This document shows, in pieces, positions 55,772 to 61,531 of a stretch of DNA of 61,531 bases. Positions within the stretch are counted from its first letter, which is position 1. Every line of letters begins with the position of its first letter. The translations under genes and the position numbers were made by a program. A model generated the notes under the pieces. The model did not search any database. It saw only the letters and a list, made by a program, of their open reading frames with translations, and had not been told where the DNA came from. Source of the DNA: Actinomycetes bacterium (lineage in GTDB: Bacteria; Actinomycetota; Actinomycetes; Streptosporangiales; Streptosporangiaceae); contig JAOPYM010000057.1 of assembly GCA_025964615.1 (NCBI GenBank), positions 1 to 61,531 on the forward strand, written 5' to 3'.

Positions 55772-55837
55772 CCGTTGACTCATGGCGTTTCCCGCACTTC
55801 TTCCTCGGAGAGTGCGGGAAACGCCACGAGTCAACGG
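55772..55837. repeat. REP/MITE-like palindromic repeat, copy 2
   Basis: CCGTTGACTC-A-TGGCGTTTCCCGCAC-(14-nt loop)-GTGCGGGAAACGCCA-C-GAGTCAACGG. Starts 11 nt after the hydrolase stop codon. Confidence 0.9.
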
Positions 55838-56228
55838 CGGGGGTGGCGGAGGGACGGCGCAGGGCGCGGCAGGCGAGGTCGGCCGCCCAGCGGGCGCGCA
55901 GGATCTCCGAGCCCAGGGTGATACCACGTGAAAGTCCGCTTCTGGCCGACTGCCGCGATCTTGAAAGCATCCGTGCGCTGCGCCAAGACCGGGTCACTGC
56001 CGACCCGGCCCGTTACGTCGATCGAGGCTAGTGACGGTGCCATCAGGGGACGCAGGCGCGCGGCCGTGGCATGACGGATTCTTTGCCCACAGCGTGGAGG
56101 CGATTCCGCGGCCGAGATGCGGGGAATGTACTGAATTCACCTGCGCCACTGGTTACCGGTGGTAGAAATCTCCTCACAAGGGGGGATGCGGCCGTCCGCC
56201 ACCGCGCCGGGCGGACGTCCGCTATCCC

Positions 56229-56846
56229 TCATCTCGGCAGCCGCTCCCCCGACCGGAGCCGGTCCAGGCCGAGCCAGATGAACTCAACGGCCATCGACTC
56301 CGCTCGCTCACGGGGCGTCCCCGGGTGGTCGAGCCACCAGGACACCATCGACAGCAACGACCCGTACATCAGCGGCACGATCATCTCGACCCGGCGCTCG
56401 GTCGCCGCGAGCACCTCGGCGCTCAGCGTGGGGTCGGCCCTGCGGTTGACCATCAGGATGTCGGCGAAGGCCGCGCCGAGCCGGTCTCGCAGTTCGCCGA
56501 GCTCAACCCCGACCTCGGGCTTGTCCAGGTGCCGTACGATCACCGCCCAGGCCAGCGGCTCCTGGGTCGCGTAGTCGAAGATCACCCGGACCGTTGCCCG
56601 GACGCGGTCGAGCGAGCCCTCGGCGGCCTGTGTGGCGATGTTCAGCCGGCCCCCCACCTCGTCCACCACCAGGGCCGTGACCTCAGCGAACAGCGCCTCC
56701 TTGGAGTCGAAGTGCTGGTAGAGCAGCGCCTTGGACACCTGGGCGGCGTCGGCTACGTGATCCATCTGGGTGAGATGGAAACCGCGTCGGCCGAACTCCT
56801 CCAGCGCCACCGCCAGGAGCTGTTCCCGGCGGAGCGCTGAGGACAT
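56229..56846 (-). CDS. TetR-family transcriptional regulator
   Basis: ATG 56846. HTH TQMDHVADAAQVSKALLYQHF. Lies 32 nt downstream of the ACAD gene on the same strand. Confidence 0.9.
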   Translation of the reverse strand: MSSALRREQLLAVALEEFGRRGFHLTQMDHVADAAQVSKALLYQHFDSKEALFAEVTALVVDEVGGRLNIATQAAEGSLDRVRATVRVIFDYATQEPLAWAVIVRHLDKPEVGVELGELRDRLGAAFADILMVNRRADPTLSAEVLAATERRVEMIVPLMYGSLLSMVSWWLDHPGTPRERAESMAVEFIWLGLDRLRSGERLPR

Positions 56847-56878
56847 CCGCTTGTTTCCGCGCAGTGCGGGAGGTGTGG

Positions 56879-58096
56879 TCACTTGGTGCCGTACGCCCCG
56901 AGTTCGGCGCGGGCGACGGACCGTACGTGCACCTCGTCGGGCCCGTCGGCCAGCCGGAGCGTACGCAGGCCCGCCCACATCGCGGCGAGCGGCGTGTCGT
57001 CGCTGACCCCGGCGCCGCCGTGCACCTGGATGGCCCGGTCGACCACCTCCAGGGCGACCCTGGGGGCGATCACCTTGATCGCGGCGACCTCCTTGCGGGC
57101 TCCCTTGGGGCCGTGCTTGTCTATCAGCCAGGCGGTCTTGAGGGTCAGCAGCCTGGCCTGCTCGATCGCCATCCGGGACTCGGCGATCTGCTGTTGTACG
57201 ACGCCCTGGGCGGCGAGCGGCTTGCCGAACGCGATCCGCTCGGAAGCCCTTCGGCACATCAGCTCCAGCGCCCTTTCGGCCATGCCGATCGCGCGCATGC
57301 AGTGGTGGATGCGGCCCGGCCCGAGGCGGGCCTGGGCGATGGCGAACCCACCGCCCTCCTCACCGATGAGGTTCCCGACCGGCACGCGCACGTCGGTGAG
57401 CGTGATCTCGCAGTGCCCGTGCTGGTCCTGGTAGCCGAAGACCGGCAGCGGCCGGACGATCTCCACCCCGGGCGCGTCCAGCGGCACGAGGACCATGGAC
57501 TGCTGGCGGTACGGGTGGCCGTCGGGGTCGGTCTTGCCCATCAGGATCATGACCTTGCAGCGCGGGTCGGCGGAGCCGCTGATCCACCACTTGCGGCCGT
57601 TGATCAGGTAGTGGTCGCCGTCCCGTTCGATCCGGGTGGCGATGTTGGTGGCGTCCGAGCTGGCCACATCCGGCTCGGTCATGCCGAAGGCACTGCGGAT
57701 CTCGCCGTTGAGCAGGGGCTCCAGCCACTGCTTCTTCTGCTCGGGGGTACCGAACAGGTGCAGCACTTCCATGTTGCCCGTGTCGGGGGCGGCGCAGTTG
57801 ATGGCCTCGGGGGCCAGGTTCGGCGAGCGCCCGGTGATCTCGGCCAGCGAGGCGTAGTCCGTCACGCTCAGGCCGTGGTCGCCCTCCCCCGGCAGGAAGA
57901 GGTTCCACAGACCGCGCTTGCGCGCCTCGATCTTGAGGTCCTCGACGACCGGGGGCACGGTGTGCTCCTGACCGGCGGCCCGGAGTTCGAGCCGCTGGCG
58001 GGCGTACACCGCCTCGGCGGGGTAGATGTGGGAGTCCATGAAGTCCTGCAGCCGGGTCAGATAGTCCTGTGCCCGGGGGCTCAGTTCGAAGTCCAT
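56879..58096 (-). CDS. acyl-CoA dehydrogenase
   Basis: 405 aa, ACAD pattern FGMTEPDVASSDATN, C-terminal helical domain. Confidence 0.92.
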   Translation of the reverse strand: MDFELSPRAQDYLTRLQDFMDSHIYPAEAVYARQRLELRAAGQEHTVPPVVEDLKIEARKRGLWNLFLPGEGDHGLSVTDYASLAEITGRSPNLAPEAINCAAPDTGNMEVLHLFGTPEQKKQWLEPLLNGEIRSAFGMTEPDVASSDATNIATRIERDGDHYLINGRKWWISGSADPRCKVMILMGKTDPDGHPYRQQSMVLVPLDAPGVEIVRPLPVFGYQDQHGHCEITLTDVRVPVGNLIGEEGGGFAIAQARLGPGRIHHCMRAIGMAERALELMCRRASERIAFGKPLAAQGVVQQQIAESRMAIEQARLLTLKTAWLIDKHGPKGARKEVAAIKVIAPRVALEVVDRAIQVHGGAGVSDDTPLAAMWAGLRTLRLADGPDEVHVRSVARAELGAYGTK

Positions 58097-58104
58097 TCGG
58101 CTAT

Positions 58105-58126
58105 AGTAACTGACGCGTCAGTTACT
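58105..58126. promoter_or_regulatory. 22-bp perfect palindrome, candidate TetR operator in the divergent ACAD/SDR promoter region
   Basis: AGTAACTGACG|CGTCAGTTACT. Noticeably more AT-rich than its surroundings, and centred in the 48-nt gap between starts 58096 (-) and 58145 (+). Confidence 0.65.
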
Positions 58127-58144
58127 TACGAGAGGGAGGCCGGG

Positions 58145-58897
58145 ATGTCCTACTCGGGCAAGGTCGCTTTGATCACCGGAGGGGCCGGCGGGATCGGTGC
58201 CGCCGTGGCCCGACGACTGGCCGGACAGGGCGCGTCCCTGGTTCTGGCCGACGTCGACGTCGAGGGCGGCAGCGCGGTGGCCAAGGAGCTGGACGGCGTC
58301 TTCGTCCGCTGCGACGTCCGCGAACCCGCGGACAGCGAGGCCGCGGTCGCCGCCGCCGTCGACCGGTTCGGCGGCCTGGACCTGGCCTTCCTCAACGCGG
58401 GGATCGCCACCGGCTGCGGCGTCGGCGATGACTTCGACCTCGGCGCCTACCGGCGGGCGATGGCCGTCAACCTCGACGGGGTGATGTACGGCGCGCACGC
58501 CGCACTCCCCGCACTGAAGACCCGCGGCGGCGGCGACATCGTGGCCACCGCGAGCATGGCGGGGCTCACCGCGATGCCGCTCGACCCGATCTATGGAGCC
58601 AACAAGGCGGCCGTGGTCGGGCTGGTCCGGGCCCTCGGCCCGGCCTGGGAGCCCGAGGGCGTCCGGGTCAACGCCCTCTGCCCGTCGTTCGCCGACACCG
58701 CCATCCTCGACCCGTTGCGGGAGCATCTGGTGGAGACGGGGTTCCCGATCCTGGCGGTCGAGGACGTCGTGGACACCTTCATGCAGATCCTCGGCGGAGA
58801 CGGCACCGGCGAGTGCTGGCCCGTCGTTCCCGGCCGTACCTCCGAGCCCTTCCGCTTCCGCGGCGTGCCCGGCCCGCGTCCCACTGGGGAGGCCTGA
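58145..58897 (+). CDS. short-chain dehydrogenase/reductase
   Basis: ATG 58145. TGGAGGIG cofactor motif and the YGANK catalytic motif. Confidence 0.92.
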   Translation: MSYSGKVALITGGAGGIGAAVARRLAGQGASLVLADVDVEGGSAVAKELDGVFVRCDVREPADSEAAVAAAVDRFGGLDLAFLNAGIATGCGVGDDFDLGAYRRAMAVNLDGVMYGAHAALPALKTRGGGDIVATASMAGLTAMPLDPIYGANKAAVVGLVRALGPAWEPEGVRVNALCPSFADTAILDPLREHLVETGFPILAVEDVVDTFMQILGGDGTGECWPVVPGRTSEPFRFRGVPGPRPTGEA

Positions 58898-58899
58898 GC

Positions 58900-59856
58900 A
58901 TGCGCGCCATCCAGATCACCGAGTTCGGCGGACCCGAGGTACTGACCCTCACTGAACTGCCCGACCCGGTGCCCGCCGCAGGACAGCTGCTCATCGAGGT
59001 CGACCGGGCCGGTATCAACTACGCCGACACTCACCAGGCCGAGAACTCCTACCTGTCGGCGTCGACCCTGCCGATGGTGCCGGGCGGCGAGGTCGTCGGC
59101 CGTACCCCGGACGGGCGGCGGGTCGTCGCGCTGACCGGCACCGGTGGGTACGCCCAGCGGGCGCTCGCCCTGGAGGCCATGGCATGGGATGTGCCGGACG
59201 GGGTGGACGACGCCTCCGCCCTCGCCCTGGTCGTGCAGGGCGCCACCGCCTGGGTGCTGCTCCGCCACAGCACCCACCTGTCGCCCGGTGAGTCCGTCGT
59301 GGTGCACGCCGCCGCCGGCGGGGTCGGGACCCTGGCCGTCCAGCTGGCCAAGGCGTGGGGCGCAAGCCGGGTGATCGCCACGGCCTCCTCGAAGGAGAAG
59401 CGCGAACTCGCCTTGGAACTGGGTGCGGACGTCGCTGTCGACCCGGCCGTACCCGACCTGAAGAGCGCCCTCATCGAGGCCAACGGCGGGCGCCGGGTCG
59501 ACATCGTCCTGGAGATGACAGGCGGGACGGTCACCGACCAGAGTCTCAAGGCGCTGGCGCCGTTCGGGCGGCTCGGCTTCTACGGCATGGCGTCCCGTAC
59601 ACCACCGTCGCCGGTGCAACCGGGGAACCTGATGGCGCACTCGACGACGATCGCGGGCATGTGGTTGCCGCACGTCTTCGGGCTTCCCGGCGATGTGATG
59701 GGCACCGCGCTGCGCGAGCTGTTCCAGCTGGTGGAGACTGGCGCCCTGCGGGTCGTCCGGGGCGGCGACTACGCCCTGTCCGACGTCCGCCGGGCCCACG
59801 AGGACCTCCGCGCCCGCCGCACTACGGGCAAGCTCGTCCTCGACCCCTCTCGTTGA
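58900..59856 (+). CDS. NADPH:quinone oxidoreductase-like medium-chain dehydrogenase
   Basis: ATG 58900 (MRAIQITEFGGPEVL...). Cofactor motif AAAGGVGTLAVQLAK. Confidence 0.9.
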   Translation: MRAIQITEFGGPEVLTLTELPDPVPAAGQLLIEVDRAGINYADTHQAENSYLSASTLPMVPGGEVVGRTPDGRRVVALTGTGGYAQRALALEAMAWDVPDGVDDASALALVVQGATAWVLLRHSTHLSPGESVVVHAAAGGVGTLAVQLAKAWGASRVIATASSKEKRELALELGADVAVDPAVPDLKSALIEANGGRRVDIVLEMTGGTVTDQSLKALAPFGRLGFYGMASRTPPSPVQPGNLMAHSTTIAGMWLPHVFGLPGDVMGTALRELFQLVETGALRVVRGGDYALSDVRRAHEDLRARRTTGKLVLDPSR

Positions 59857-59915
59857 GTCGTGGCGTTTCCCGCACCTTTTCCTCGGAGAGTGCGGGAAAC
59901 GCCACGAGTCAACGG
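59851..59915. repeat. REP/MITE-like palindromic repeat, copy 3
   Basis: CGTTGAGTC-GTGGCGTTTCCCGCAC-(14-nt loop)-GTGCGGGAAACGCCAC-GAGTCAACGG. The QOR stop codon TGA (59854-59856) lies inside the left outer arm. Confidence 0.9.
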
Positions 59916-59930
59916 AGTCGCGGCTGCATG

Positions 59931-60290
59931 CTAGTCCTCGCCGGTCTGCTCGCGGCCCTTGCGGCGCTGTTCCTCGGCCCGGTCGCGGAGCTTCCGCAGG
60001 AACGCCTCGTCGTCGTCGGGGTTGGCGGCCGCAGCCCGGCCCGGCCGGCCGTAGCCTGGAGAGCGGCTCGCGGTGTTGCCCTTGTACGGCAGGGACCTCG
60101 CCTGGGCCTGGGGCCGTCCGGCGATGAGCCACACGATCGAGCCGAGGTCGGGCAACATCAGGACGAGCAGCAGCCAGGCCCCCTTGGGAAGGTTGCGGCA
60201 CAGCGCCGGATCGGTGGTGATCACGTCGATGAGGCAGAACACCCACAGGCCGAGCAGCAGCAGGCCCACCCCGCCGTCGAACATGATCAT
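59931..60290 (-). CDS. small membrane protein with a PLD-nuclease N-terminal-like (PLDc_N) domain
   Basis: Two TM helices ([38 protein letters not shown]) and a basic C-terminal tail. Confidence 0.75.
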   Translation of the reverse strand: MIMFDGGVGLLLLGLWVFCLIDVITTDPALCRNLPKGAWLLLVLMLPDLGSIVWLIAGRPQAQARSLPYKGNTASRSPGYGRPGRAAAANPDDDEAFLRKLRDRAEEQRRKGREQTGED

Positions 60291-60430
60291 CGTTTTCCCC
60301 CTTCACGATCAGTCCCCCTCACCGTAACGGCCGTTCGGGCGTACCGCGAGACATTCGTCCGGACCCGGCCGAGATCGACCAGATCCTCCCTTCCGACTTC
60401 GCACGGCGACGCGTTGGATACCGTCAAACC

Positions 60431-61366
60431 ATGAGACTTGGTGTCCTGGACGTCGGATCCAACACGGTGCACCTGCTGGTGGTGGACGCGCATCAGGGCG
60501 CCCGCCCGCTGCCCGCGTACTCGCACAAGGCCGAGCTACGCCTCGCCGACCACTTGGAGGACGGCAACCGGCTGTCCGACGTCGGCGCCAACCGGCTGCG
60601 CGCGTCCGTGGATGAGGCTCTGCAGGTCGCCGAGGACAAGGGCGTGGAGGATCTGCTGGCGTTCGCCACTTCGGCGGTGCGGGACGCGGTCAACGGCGAG
60701 GAGATCCTGGCGTCGATCAGGCAAGGATCGGGCGCCGACATCCAGGTGCTGTCCGGTCCGGACGAGTCCCGGCTCACGTTCCTGGCCGTACGACGCTGGT
60801 TCGGCTGGTCGTCGGGGCGGCTGCTCGTACTCGACATCGGCGGCGGTTCGCTGGAGGTCGCCTCGGGCATCGACGAGGACCCGGACGCCGCTGTGTCCCT
60901 GCCGCTCGGCGCGGGCCGGCTCACCCGGGACTGGTTCACCGCCGATCCGCCGCCCGCGCAGGAGGTGCGCAACCTCCGGCGGCACGTGCGCGCGCAGATC
61001 GCCCGGCGGGTCGGGGATGTGCTGCGGTACGGACGGCCTGATCGGGCGGTCGCCACTTCCAAGACCTTCCGGCAGCTGGCCAGGATCGCCGGCGCGGCCC
61101 CCTCGCACGAGGGCGTCTCCGTGTCGCGCACCCTGAGCCACCTTGATGTGACCATGTGGGCGGAGCGACTGACCTCGATGACCTCGGCGGAGCGCGCCCA
61201 GCTGCCCGGTGTGTCCGAGGGCCGTGCTCCGCAGCTCCCCGCCGGCGCCATCGTGGCGGACGCCACCATGGACCTGTTCGGCCTGGAGACACTCGAGATC
61301 TGCCCCTGGGCGCCGACGTCGACCCACTGTTTGCCCTTCAAGACCGTGCGGTCGCCGTCGATGTAG
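60431..61366 (+). CDS. Ppx/GppA-family phosphatase, C-terminus apparently replaced
   Basis: [12 protein letters not shown] and [10 protein letters not shown] motifs. Family-like sequence seems to stop at ...LEICPWA (about 61312), and the last 18 codons are antisense to a different gene. Confidence 0.85.
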   Translation: MRLGVLDVGSNTVHLLVVDAHQGARPLPAYSHKAELRLADHLEDGNRLSDVGANRLRASVDEALQVAEDKGVEDLLAFATSAVRDAVNGEEILASIRQGSGADIQVLSGPDESRLTFLAVRRWFGWSSGRLLVLDIGGGSLEVASGIDEDPDAAVSLPLGAGRLTRDWFTADPPPAQEVRNLRRHVRAQIARRVGDVLRYGRPDRAVATSKTFRQLARIAGAAPSHEGVSVSRTLSHLDVTMWAERLTSMTSAERAQLPGVSEGRAPQLPAGAIVADATMDLFGLETLEICPWAPTSTHCLPFKTVRSPSM

Positions 61367-61531
61367 TAGAAACCCTCAGTTAGATCGTGCGCGTATTCCT
61401 GAGAATTTTCACGCATGTCGCGTGGTCCGTAGCGCTCGCCGGGCTGGCCCCAGGTGCCTTCATCAAAAGGCACACCCAGCACCGCGAAGTCGGCTTTCAG
61501 GTGGTCCAGGTCCGGATCGTATCGCGCGCTA
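61313..61531 (-). pseudogene. 5' fragment of an arginase/agmatinase-family (ureohydrolase) gene, entering from the right edge
   Basis: Frame open from the edge: ...YDPDLDHLKADFAVLGVPFDEGTWGQPGERYGPRDMRE...KQWVDVG resembles a ureohydrolase N-terminus (GVPFD...G.RxGP). Family-like sequence ends where the frame runs antisense into ppx. GC3 is lower than in the neighbours. Confidence 0.4.

Noticed and set aside
55831-56043. 70-aa minus-strand ORF in the spacer after repeat copy 2
   Set aside because: It has no SD or recognisable motif, and its C-terminal third is an Arg/Pro-rich read into the repeat. It is more likely non-coding or a decayed remnant (see the spacer finding).
55772-59915. Whether the identical palindromic repeats form a CRISPR array
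   Set aside because: The copies are 4 kb and 55 kb apart and separated by ordinary genes. They are strongly self-complementary and there are no cas genes, so this is not a CRISPR array.

Overview
Very GC-rich actinobacterial chromosome (gene order resembles Streptomyces or Streptosporangiales-type core regions). The window is densely packed, mostly on the minus strand, with housekeeping genes. These include pheST, rplT-rpmI-infC, the alaS-ruvX-mltG-aroE chain, rarA, hisS-aspS, relA, apt, secDF-yajC, ruvCAB, yebC, pdxST, the phosphatidylinositol/PIM lipid operon (pgsA, acyltransferase, pimA) and thrS. Two sensor kinases and a small TetR/ACAD/SDR/QOR module are also present. I found no rRNA, tRNA, CRISPR array, intact IS/transposase, phage or obvious defence genes, and most of the window is ordinary core genome. 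Many long ORFs in the track are antisense GC-frame shadows and are rejected. Items worth a second look: (1) a ~65-bp palindromic REP/MITE-like repeat in three copies, each directly 3' of a stop codon. (2) A 537-nt structured non-coding stretch upstream of thrS, with a 15-bp long-range inverted repeat and a 12-bp hairpin. It lies just downstream of a stand-alone Pta N-terminal-domain gene. (3) A Tat-exported PIG-L deacetylase fused to a repeat-rich C-terminal region, divergent from a polytopic membrane protein, embedded in the PI/PIM locus. (4) An EF-G paralog whose switch-II His is Tyr. (5) A tail-to-tail junction at the right edge where ppx and a ureohydrolase-like gene both appear truncated. 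I could not identify a clear, self-contained novel multi-gene system. The candidates above are hypotheses that need database and genome-wide checks.
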